Positions 8,107 through 16,553 of a DNA stretch of 64,000 nucleotides are shown in pieces. The notes under the pieces were generated by a model. The model worked only from the letters and a program-made list of their open reading frames with translations, was not told the origin of the DNA and did no database searches. The first letter of the stretch is position 1. Every line of letters begins with the position of its first letter. The DNA comes from a virus, in the IMG/VR virus record IMGVR_UViG_3300009093_000003, positions 10,714 to 74,713 of that record. One strand, 5' to 3'. The translations under genes and the position numbers were made by a program.

Positions 8107-8452
8107 GATTTGTCGCTGCTATCAGTACAAAAATTGTTACTAACATAGTGCCAATATCTACAACCGCCATTAAGTAATAAGGATTAAGTATTAAAAATCT
8201 GTTAACCAATAGTGTTATTACGAAGGTAAAGATAACAACAAAATAGATAACCTGTATTAGTTGCCCCTGCAAGTTTGTATTTCCTCCAAATCTTTGAAAT
8301 ACATACAGGGCTGATAAAATAAAGGCGTAGTTAAAGGCGCGCCAGTTGCTTTTAGTCAGCTCCTGCATTGGTATGTTCCTTAGCCAGTAAACAAATACCG
8401 TATGGCTTATTAAAAACAATATCAATGCCGCACCGATAAGCCACGTTTTCAT
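8087..8452 (-). CDS. 4-TM membrane protein
   Basis: Probable start MKTWLIG at 8452 (ATGA overlap with upstream gene); four hydrophobic segments. Confidence 0.65.
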   Translation of the reverse strand: MKTWLIGAALILFLISHTVFVYWLRNIPMQELTKSNWRAFNYAFILSALYVFQRFGGNTNLQGQLIQVIYFVVIFTFVITLLVNRFLILNPYYLMAVVDIGTMLVTIFVLIAATNHGFLQD

Positions 8453-8685
8453 GTTTCGGGAACGGCAACACAAACGTTGCCATTGCAGGCGCAATAATAG
8501 TTAGCCAGGCCAACGGCTGGACAGCCGACATGGTCGTGACAATTAGCCGGGGAGCATCCGCCGCCATCTAAAGGCTTAGGTCGCGCTGTGCCATTCTGAT
8601 CGGCTTCCATGCAAGCCAATACAAATTCCCTTGTTTCTTCTTCGAGGGATTGTAAATAGGTGAAAATCTGTTTTTGTGTGTTCAT
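8449..8685 (-). CDS. small protein: acidic helical leader + GGG + six-cysteine C-terminal core
   Basis: ...PKPLDGGG-CSPANCHDHVGCPAVGLANYYCACNGNVCVAVPET. Confidence 0.7.
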   Translation of the reverse strand: MNTQKQIFTYLQSLEEETREFVLACMEADQNGTARPKPLDGGGCSPANCHDHVGCPAVGLANYYCACNGNVCVAVPET

Positions 8686-8696
8686 TGTTTTATGAT

Positions 8697-11600
8697 TTAT
8701 AGTTGTGTAATACGCGCCCCCGCATCATATGTAACACTTCCGGCCCCGACTGTCAAATTAGTTTTTACAGTAATAACCGTGCCGTTCTTTGCCCTTATTG
8801 TCACCGGGTTATAATTACTATCCGCAATTGAATTTAACGTTGTGTACGATACTGTTTGAGAAGTATTGTTTTCATCCGTATAAGTTACCTGCACCTGGAT
8901 AACATCGGTTGCGATTGCTGTTACATTTAAATATGCAGAAATGTTAAATGTTGCCGTTGATGACCCTACTGTAAACGTTGTAACGTTGCCGGCAGTAGTT
9001 TGTGCCGTCAGGTCGTTTGACGCTTGCGTTAGTGCTATGGTTGAAGGTGCCGCGGATGCGATAAGTGTTGCTACCTGGCTTGCGGTTAGTGCTGTCGGAA
9101 CTGCCGTACTGCCGGTCACATTGCCCAAAATGGTGTTATTCGCCTGTGTTTGTATCTTAGCATAAGTGACAGCATTGCCCCCCAAGTCGCCGTTAACCAC
9201 CTGGCTTGAGCTCATAACGTGCGAACTGTTAAAGTGAGCCACGCCAGCGCCCAACGAATTAACCGTAAGCGCATTTATAGCCACTGTGTTATCATTTAAA
9301 TCGGGCGTACCAGTACAATAGTAATGTGTGCCATCAGTGCATACAAACGCATATAACTGCCCGTTAGCGGTACGCTGGTTGGCAAGTGCTAAACCACCGC
9401 TAATATTGCCAGTGAAGTTAAATGATGTATTTGCTAACGCGCCCTGTGAAATAGCCGGATCGTTGATTAACACATAAAATATTTGCCCTGTTTTACCGCC
9501 GCTAAAGTTGGCTATAACCGTGGTCGAGCTGTTATTTGTGATAAAGTAATTACCGGCAGAAATAACGGGTGCTGTGCTGTTAACAGTAAGTGTTGTAGAG
9601 GTATTGCCTAAAAATCCGTTACCCTGGCTATAGGCAGGAAGAACTGCGTATTGCTGTACATTCGGCGAAAGTGTCCCGGTGGCGCTTGCACTTAATCCAT
9701 TCAGTGTTCCGCTACAAGTGCTTATAACAAGGTTTAGAGGTTTGTTATCGGTGTAAACCGACCACGCCGGTTTGTTAGCAGCTACGGCTGAATTACTAAA
9801 CTGGCAGAATTGAAAGTAAGCTGATATACCAACCCCGCTGTAAGAGTTAATATTTACATCTGCATAGGTATTGTCAGTCGTCTCACTATTGCCAAAAATG
9901 ATACAATGCTCAAACATATCCCCACGATTAGCGGTTAGCGTTGTTGTACCGGTAGCAAGCAATATCCCTTCATGCCCATTATAATTGCTGAAAACCTTTA
10001 TAAAAGAGTTGCTCGATCCTTCGTCATAAATCCCAACAAGGGTATTCGAGAAGAAGTCACTATTGAAGCAACGTAAAGAGGTGTTGTTTGTCCATAGGCC
10101 ATTATTACAGAAAAAGCCACCGCATGTCTCGATATAAGTATCGAGGGCTAAAATATGAAATCCGTCACCGGCGCAATTGTAAGCATAATCTGTGTTAAAT
10201 CGGATGCCGTCTACATTAGGTTGAATTAAAAACCCGTGAGTTTTACCATTTATAACCACAACGTTATCAATGTCTATGCCCGATTGAATAACCCCGTTCA
10301 TGGCGGGACCGCCTGTGCCTACGGTTGGCTGTATAAACTTAATACCCTCACCAGCGGTGGACAAAGCCATATCTATATAAAAGTTCTTACAATTAGCGTC
10401 ACTTGGCTGCGTAGCATTGGTCATTGTAGTAAAATCGTAAACTACCGCTGCGGAGCCTAACGAAGATGAGGCGACTAATGTAGATGCGTTAAAGCCGGAA
10501 AAACCTAAAACTGCGTTAACGTTTGCAGTAGGCGAAGTTCCCTCTAATGTTACCCCTTCCAACATCGATATGCTCGAAGATATTTTGTATCTAACGTTCC
10601 GAAGTTTAACAACTCCTATCTTTTTTAAATTGGCTGCCGCGATACAAGCGTTTATTGCCGGGGCATCATCGTGGCTGTTATCTCCTAACGCACCGTACCA
10701 TTCCGGCAACAGGTACGTACCGTCAATAACCCTAAGCCAGTAAAACCCGCCAAATGTGCTGTTAAAAATAATCCCGTTGTCAATTACCAACCCAGATGAA
10801 GAAACAAGTTTAAATGTTCCTCCTCTATAAACAGTGTCTACCACTATTGTTGTTGCCGGAGAAGTCGTTGCCTGTAATTGTGCAATGCCTGCTACGTGCG
10901 GGACATAAGATGTTGCCACATCAGTACTGTCTGCCAATACCGGATTAAGCCTATATGGGGCTTTTATCGTCATATCAGCCGCTCGGTTTACCCAAATAGT
11001 TCGCCTGTAGGTACTGTTTTTCCAACTTAACCGGTTTAAGCTATCGGGATAAATCTTCAACCTGCCAGTTGTTGATGACGGACTAATTGATTGTGAACCG
11101 AGATCAATGTACCCCTGTCCACCCTGTCCGGCCGCATAAAAATTAGTAGCATTGAGTGGATTTATAAAATAGAATGGATTGCCAGTAACGTTTACTGTGT
11201 CTGAATTAAGCCAGTTTACATTCATGGCCAAGAACCCGCTCGGCTGATACCCTGCAATTCCGTTAACACTGGCGGCAAATTGTGCTTGTGACCCGCCTGT
11301 TACATCAGTTAAATAAAGATTGTGCGAGGTAAGCAACCCGTTGAAATTGCCATTTTGAACATTATAGCCGTATACGTTACTTGTCGGGGTTAAGCTAATC
11401 CCGTTATTTGCATTATAAGGAACATACCCTGTTGTTGATAATTTTGCCCACCTCGTATCGCCCTTTGGAAAGAAATTTAAAACCGTCTGCAATACTGTGC
11501 TATCTGCCTTTACAGCACCGCTTGTAGTAATTGTGGTAAAGTTCATGCCATAGCCTGCCGAGACGCTTGTAACACTGCCTGGCGCACCGCCTGTAGCAAT

Positions 11601-12341
11601 CAGTTTACCATTTGCATCATAACCCACGCCGCCCACTGGTGTACCGCTGCCAATATTCGGTATCAGCACCTGCCCCCAAACGTAAAGTGAGTTTTGAAGC
11701 CCCAAGCCTGTAAACATATGGTCAAGGGTATCAACATTTTTTAAGTTTATATTGCCTGTCTTACCAAAGAAAGCCATTTTTGTGAGGCCGGTAGAATCCT
11801 GAAAGTTCCACCTTAACTCCCCCGGTGGTGTTACCGAGGGTGTATTTATTCTTAAAGCCCATCCTCTGAATGCTGTGGTTGATATTATACCACCCAACGA
11901 CCTCAAACCATTGGTGCCCACCAAAACATCAAGCAGATCGCTTGTGGGATGTGCCCCCTGTATCACACCCTGGTTATGAACATATAAACCAATACTTTCT
12001 GTATTATCTGTGTTTATATTCATAAATGACTTTAACTGTATTGCAGTTGTGGTAGCCAGTGAACCCGGTACTGCGGTATAAGTGCCTAATACCGTTTGTG
12101 GGGTTGGTGAGTTTAAAAGCAACGCCTGTGATTTTAAAGTATAAGGCGCTAAATCCCTTTGCAGCTGCACACTGTCAACATCTTGTGTCCACCCATACAA
12201 AGACCCGTGGTAAGTCCACCAGTTTTTGGTGCTGGGCTCAAAATATTTCGTGTTTGTTGTTATCGGCCCCACCGGCGATATTGGCTGTGCAAACGCAGCC
12301 GCCGATATAAAGAGCAATAAGATAAAGCTTAGTTTTTTCAT
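8697..12341 (-). CDS. tailspike/fibre with beta-helix (Pectate_lyase_3-like) depolymerase domain and N-terminal signal peptide
   Basis: PEWYGALGDNSHDDAPAINACI beta-helix cap, Asn/Gly-rich rungs, VTYAKIQ...ILGN fibre motif; N-terminus MKKLSFILLLFISAAAFA-Q. Confidence 0.85.
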   Translation of the reverse strand: MKKLSFILLLFISAAAFAQPISPVGPITTNTKYFEPSTKNWWTYHGSLYGWTQDVDSVQLQRDLAPYTLKSQALLLNSPTPQTVLGTYTAVPGSLATTTAIQLKSFMNINTDNTESIGLYVHNQGVIQGAHPTSDLLDVLVGTNGLRSLGGIISTTAFRGWALRINTPSVTPPGELRWNFQDSTGLTKMAFFGKTGNINLKNVDTLDHMFTGLGLQNSLYVWGQVLIPNIGSGTPVGGVGYDANGKLIATGGAPGSVTSVSAGYGMNFTTITTSGAVKADSTVLQTVLNFFPKGDTRWAKLSTTGYVPYNANNGISLTPTSNVYGYNVQNGNFNGLLTSHNLYLTDVTGGSQAQFAASVNGIAGYQPSGFLAMNVNWLNSDTVNVTGNPFYFINPLNATNFYAAGQGGQGYIDLGSQSISPSSTTGRLKIYPDSLNRLSWKNSTYRRTIWVNRAADMTIKAPYRLNPVLADSTDVATSYVPHVAGIAQLQATTSPATTIVVDTVYRGGTFKLVSSSGLVIDNGIIFNSTFGGFYWLRVIDGTYLLPEWYGALGDNSHDDAPAINACIAAANLKKIGVVKLRNVRYKISSSISMLEGVTLEGTSPTANVNAVLGFSGFNASTLVASSSLGSAAVVYDFTTMTNATQPSDANCKNFYIDMALSTAGEGIKFIQPTVGTGGPAMNGVIQSGIDIDNVVVINGKTHGFLIQPNVDGIRFNTDYAYNCAGDGFHILALDTYIETCGGFFCNNGLWTNNTSLRCFNSDFFSNTLVGIYDEGSSNSFIKVFSNYNGHEGILLATGTTTLTANRGDMFEHCIIFGNSETTDNTYADVNINSYSGVGISAYFQFCQFSNSAVAANKPAWSVYTDNKPLNLVISTCSGTLNGLSASATGTLSPNVQQYAVLPAYSQGNGFLGNTSTTLTVNSTAPVISAGNYFITNNSSTTVIANFSGGKTGQIFYVLINDPAISQGALANTSFNFTGNISGGLALANQRTANGQLYAFVCTDGTHYYCTGTPDLNDNTVAINALTVNSLGAGVAHFNSSHVMSSSQVVNGDLGGNAVTYAKIQTQANNTILGNVTGSTAVPTALTASQVATLIASAAPSTIALTQASNDLTAQTTAGNVTTFTVGSSTATFNISAYLNVTAIATDVIQVQVTYTDENNTSQTVSYTTLNSIADSNYNPVTIRAKNGTVITVKTNLTVGAGSVTYDAGARITQL

Positions 12342-12353
12342 TTTCTTTAAAAA

Positions 12354-12917
12354 TTAAGGTTGCACACCTGAAATTAAAATATAGCCTGTCGTTGCTATAG
12401 GGTACCCCCATGTAATTGAAACAATACCGCTTGTTGGATTCCCTGGCGTAGCATAAACATAGTCCGGCGCTGTGCCGTTATCCGGCGTAAAGCCGCCTAA
12501 GCCGTCAGCAACAAATATTTGAACGTAAGGCGTATTCCCGAAACGTGAGTAATAGGCCGTTTGATATGACAGTAAAGCAACTGTGGTTTGATTTGTAAAC
12601 GGAAAAGTATCACTATTAACTATTGAACCGGTTGTTGTCACATCAATGATTACTCCCGGATTTTGAGCGTTAGGATCAATAGAACCACCTGCATACTGCC
12701 CCACAAAGGCGCTTAAACACGCATAGGCTGCTTGAAATGTTGCAGACGAAGTATCACCCAGCGAATATCTGTTTTGTACCGCTAATACGCTCCTGTTGCC
12801 CTTAATAGCAGTATCCCAATTAACATTCAATGCCCCGTTCTGTAAAGCGGTATTATAACCTAAAACAAGGTTAGCAATTTTCAGTTGACCAGTTAATATT
12901 TCGTCACTTACTGCCAT
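12354..12917 (-). CDS. tail structural protein (fibre attachment/hub-like)
   Basis: Thr/Gly-rich; position immediately before the tailspike. Confidence 0.55.
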   Translation of the reverse strand: MAVSDEILTGQLKIANLVLGYNTALQNGALNVNWDTAIKGNRSVLAVQNRYSLGDTSSATFQAAYACLSAFVGQYAGGSIDPNAQNPGVIIDVTTTGSIVNSDTFPFTNQTTVALLSYQTAYYSRFGNTPYVQIFVADGLGGFTPDNGTAPDYVYATPGNPTSGIVSITWGYPIATTGYILISGVQP

Positions 12918-12918
12918 A

Positions 12919-13398
12919 TCACATTAATTGAGAAACTATATTTTGATTGACCCAATAATTAGCCATAATTATACAGGCGTTTGCCGAGGCAGCGCCTGCC
13001 AACCCTGCAAGGTTAAACCTCAATGCAGCCTGTAGTGACAACTGGCTTTTTTCAAGGTTACAGTTATTCCCCTGGCAACCGCAATTCGTTGCATTGAATT
13101 GTGCAAGATAGGCGTTCCAGTAATATCCCTGTGCCACTATGTACACCGTTGTGACCCACGGCGACCCCGAAACGTTATCGGTTACGGTACATACAAATTT
13201 TAACCAAACATCTGCCGGAAACGTATAGGTAGCCGTCAGGGTTGAACCCATATTTATCGTTTGCAATAAAGTTCCTGCTGAATTGTAAATGGTGAGTATG
13301 CGGGAACTAACAACCCCGTAACTTCCTGTATCTGTATAAATAATACTACCGCCAGTGAGGCTGTTTTCTACTGCGGTTCCACTTGGTGTACTCGGCAT
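12919..13398 (-). CDS. tail hub-like protein
   Basis: Ig-like N-half plus helical C-half with CGC...C cluster, as in crAss-like tail-hub proteins. Confidence 0.55.
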   Translation of the reverse strand: MPSTPSGTAVENSLTGGSIIYTDTGSYGVVSSRILTIYNSAGTLLQTINMGSTLTATYTFPADVWLKFVCTVTDNVSGSPWVTTVYIVAQGYYWNAYLAQFNATNCGCQGNNCNLEKSQLSLQAALRFNLAGLAGAASANACIIMANYWVNQNIVSQLM

Positions 13399-13410
13399 GG
13401 TTTAAATCAT

Positions 13411-14037
13411 TTAATGGTAGTACAAGGCGTATAGACTGCTGCCGGTTAAAGGCGGCGCTACAGTGGTAATCACATTACCAGCCACCGTAAAATCAATATT
13501 GTAAATTAAAAATACAGTTGGCTGCGTAGACGGTGATGGTGTGTAAATCAACGCTATAGCACCCTTAATAGGCGTATTGGCTAAAGTAAAAGTTTGATTG
13601 CTGCCATTGATTGCACCGGTTGGTATTTCACTGGAAACCAATGTACCAATAACTCCCGCCGAAGCCGATGCTTGTTTTTGCTGCAAAGATAGCTGCGATT
13701 GCGTTACCGGTATTTCAAGCATAACATTTAAAGTATCACTATTAGCTGCGCTGGCCGGAAGATTATTAATACCCCAAACAAATACCGGTAAGCCATTTGA
13801 TCTGAACCAGGCAAACTCGTTGTCATTTGGTAAACCTATGGATCCCGGATGCGTGGTGTCGTAAATTTCTTTCAATGAACTTACATCCAACGGAAAATTA
13901 TTTACGCCCGAAATGATTAACACCTTGCTAACCACATCCATATTTACTTGGTAGATATCGTTAGAACTTGAAATTAGCACTTCCAAAATAGCCTCCTTTT
14001 TTATTTGTAAAGATAAATCTTTTTCGTAAATTAGCAT
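13411..14037 (-). CDS. virion structural protein
   Basis: C-terminal EIPTGAINGSNQTFTLANTP...DFTVAGNVIT...PLTGSSL module typical of phage tail proteins. Confidence 0.6.
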   Translation of the reverse strand: MLIYEKDLSLQIKKEAILEVLISSSNDIYQVNMDVVSKVLIISGVNNFPLDVSSLKEIYDTTHPGSIGLPNDNEFAWFRSNGLPVFVWGINNLPASAANSDTLNVMLEIPVTQSQLSLQQKQASASAGVIGTLVSSEIPTGAINGSNQTFTLANTPIKGAIALIYTPSPSTQPTVFLIYNIDFTVAGNVITTVAPPLTGSSLYALYYH

Positions 14038-14110
14038 ATAAAATAAAAACGCTGTTGCAGAGCGTATCGAAAATATTAATTGTCCTGTTTTGGTGTCATA
14101 ACTGCAACTT

Positions 14111-14662
14111 ATGATTTCCGAAATGGGACTTTTAAATTTTATGCCAAAGAGGCTTTTACCAATAGAAGAAATACTTAAATCTAAGTATAAAGAAAACCTT
14201 GAAACAGGGTGTTGGGAGTGGTTAGCCGGAAAGAATAAAGCAGGCTATGGAGTGATAGGTCACAACCATACTCCATATTTAGCACACAGATTGTCATATA
14301 TCATCAATATTGGAGAAATTCCTAACGGGTTACTGGTCTGCCATAAGTGCGATAACCCACCATGTATAAATCCAGATCACTTATTCTTAGGTACACCTAA
14401 AGATAATGAAGCGGACGCCCGTAACAAAGGCAGGAAAAGAGCGAAAGAACACCCAAGCCTTGAATGTTATAAGTGCGGTTGTCGTTGCGACGATTGTAAA
14501 AGATTAGAATACGAAAGAAAAAAGAAAGCAAGGTTAAAAAACCCCGAAGTATTTAGTGAAAGAGGAAAAAAGTACTACAAAAATAATAAAGACAAGGCCA
14601 GTGCTTATGGGAAAGAATACTATCTGCGAAATAAGGAAATAGTAAAAAAAAAGAAGTGTTGA
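14111..14662 (+). mobile_element. HNH homing endonuclease, antisense within the late operon
   Basis: GCWEW...GYG...AHRLSY...[27 protein letters not shown]. Confidence 0.9.
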
Positions 14663-14682
14663 GAATAGAAGGATAAGAAACG

Positions 14683-15954
14683 CTAAAAAGAAACTCCTAT
14701 CTTAATGCCTTTGTCAATTTCTTTTTGAATTTCTGAAACTGTGGCGCAGGTTACTTTTACTCGGTAACCCTTTATCTGATCGGCCACTTTATTTATTTTA
14801 GTAGCGCAATCTTCCAGTGAGTTTCCCGTCATCACCACAACCCCTACACAATCGTTTTTATCTATGGTATTTGGTACGACGTAGTAGATTTCATCCACAA
14901 TTGTATAATTACGCAGTTTAATCCATTTAGCCACCTCTTTAGGGAACGATATGCCCACCCAATGCTCCATAGCAAAATCACATGTAATAACTAAGGTCAT
15001 CGCAAAAGGTTCAGAATATTCCGCATCTAAAAACTCGCCGTTCCCACCAGACCATAGTATTTCTGAAAAATTACTTATCCACTCATAATAAGCCTCACTT
15101 ACTGGCGATGGTTGTCTACAGCAGCAATCAGTAACGTAACCGACACCCTTCTGGGTCACCCTCATTTCCGCACTGAAAAAATTTCGATAGTTATTTATTT
15201 TAAGTGTTTCAGATATTTTAGTATTAAAATCCTTTATCGGTTCAAATAAAGTGCTGTATGGCTTTATCTTAGCTGCCCAACCCATATCCTTAACCTCAAA
15301 ACCAACCGCCACCTTAGATGGGTATTTACCTCCCACCGTGTAAAGATCGGCAGCCAACTCAATTCCGTCGATAGGTGAAAATACCGAAAAATCTAAAAGG
15401 TTCTTTACGGGGCCTAATTCACCTTCCAATTTGTCAAGCAGAGGGGACACTAAATCATAACTGGCGCTGTGAAAAGTTTCTATCGTCCCCCTAAATTGCG
15501 ATACTTTCACATACACATTCTCGTGTTTTTGGAGGTACTTTCTCAAGTCGTCTAAGCCATGAACCTCTGCGTATTCCGGTACAGGTAATCCCAACTCTTT
15601 AAAGTATTCCAACGTTTCAACACGTTCAAGTTCTAAAGCATCTGCCTTTCCGCTTGCCCATACACGCTTGCCAATTGAAATAAGGTAATCGGACCAATCA
15701 GAAAAACCGCAGTCCGGGAAAACAAATAGATCAACCGCGTCAATATAATTCCAAAAGTCGTTTACTTTTTCAACGCCCTCTGTTTCAAGCAAGCCCTCCC
15801 CGATTTGCGCGTCATTGAATTTAGGGAAAGCAGTGCGCCAAAATGGGTCGTGGTAGTAAACGTGTTTAAAGTCACGCGCAAGCCGCTCCGCCACTTTCAT
15901 GTACATACCTGGCGCCACCACCATTGCTGTTTTTGTCCCTAAATACTCTGCCAT
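14683..15954 (-). CDS. divergent PurD-like ATP-grasp ligase
   Basis: VWASGKADALELER, LGLPVPEY, YVKVSQFRG, GIELAAD, FFSAEMRV, TDCCCR follow PurD/ATP-grasp motif order; probable start ATG 15954. Confidence 0.75.
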   Translation of the reverse strand: MAEYLGTKTAMVVAPGMYMKVAERLARDFKHVYYHDPFWRTAFPKFNDAQIGEGLLETEGVEKVNDFWNYIDAVDLFVFPDCGFSDWSDYLISIGKRVWASGKADALELERVETLEYFKELGLPVPEYAEVHGLDDLRKYLQKHENVYVKVSQFRGTIETFHSASYDLVSPLLDKLEGELGPVKNLLDFSVFSPIDGIELAADLYTVGGKYPSKVAVGFEVKDMGWAAKIKPYSTLFEPIKDFNTKISETLKINNYRNFFSAEMRVTQKGVGYVTDCCCRQPSPVSEAYYEWISNFSEILWSGGNGEFLDAEYSEPFAMTLVITCDFAMEHWVGISFPKEVAKWIKLRNYTIVDEIYYVVPNTIDKNDCVGVVVMTGNSLEDCATKINKVADQIKGYRVKVTCATVSEIQKEIDKGIKIGVSF

Positions 15955-15958
15955 AACT

Positions 15959-16120
15959 TTAAATAAACCACCAACAAATACCGGCGATTGAAGCCAATAA
16001 TGTAATTGCAACTATAAATTTAAATACCGATTTCAAACCTTCGGATTTTGTTGTAATAAGTGCCAAATATAACAGTATTGCGACTATGCTTTCTATACAT
16101 ATTTTGGCTATGATTATCAC
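15959..16120 (-). CDS. 53-aa two-TM protein
   Basis: Read manually (GTG start overlapping upstream TGA): MIIIAKICIESIVAILLYLALITTKSEGLKSVFKFIVAITLLASIAGICWWFI*. Confidence 0.55.
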   Translation of the reverse strand: MIIIAKICIESIVAILLYLALITTKSEGLKSVFKFIVAITLLASIAGICWWFI

Positions 16121-16548
16121 AACGCGTAAATTTCATCTTCGTACTCTTTCCAGCTAACTTTTGCCGAAGCAATCACCGCCATTTCCACTGATGTAGCGAT
16201 AAGGTGCTGATCGCGATAGGGACAATCTACGGCCATTCCTGGTTCTTCTTCGTCATCAACCTCACCACGTTTTCGCTTTTCCTCAAATTCAAAATCAAAT
16301 TTATCAACATCCTCAAAAGTTACTTTTCCTTCATGGCGCAATAGTGCCATTTCAGTAAGCTCATGTATCAACACAGCCATTGCATGTATTTCTACCTTCA
16401 TTTGGCTTATACGTATTTGTAATACGCCGTCAACATCAAAAAAATAGTCGCCTACGGTTTCGTACCGTTGCTGATGGTGTGGGATAAACTCAATATTAAT
16501 TTTGGTCAACATTGGTTTCTTGGTAATTCTTGGTTTATAATCTGCCAT
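16117..16548 (-). CDS. HExxE metal-binding protein (zincin-like fold candidate)
   Basis: QRYETVGDY, VLIHELTE, EPG...CPYRDQH...E motifs. Confidence 0.6.
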   Translation of the reverse strand: MADYKPRITKKPMLTKINIEFIPHHQQRYETVGDYFFDVDGVLQIRISQMKVEIHAMAVLIHELTEMALLRHEGKVTFEDVDKFDFEFEEKRKRGEVDDEEEPGMAVDCPYRDQHLIATSVEMAVIASAKVSWKEYEDEIYAL

Positions 16549-16553
16549 AATCT

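Noticed and set aside
8697-12341. Diversity-generating retroelement or invertase shufflon acting on the spike
   Set aside because: No reverse transcriptase, recombinase or template/variable repeat pair noticed in the window
14683-15954. purD auxiliary metabolic gene
   Set aside because: PurD-specific substrate motifs are missing and there is no purine context; kept only as PurD-like ATP-grasp
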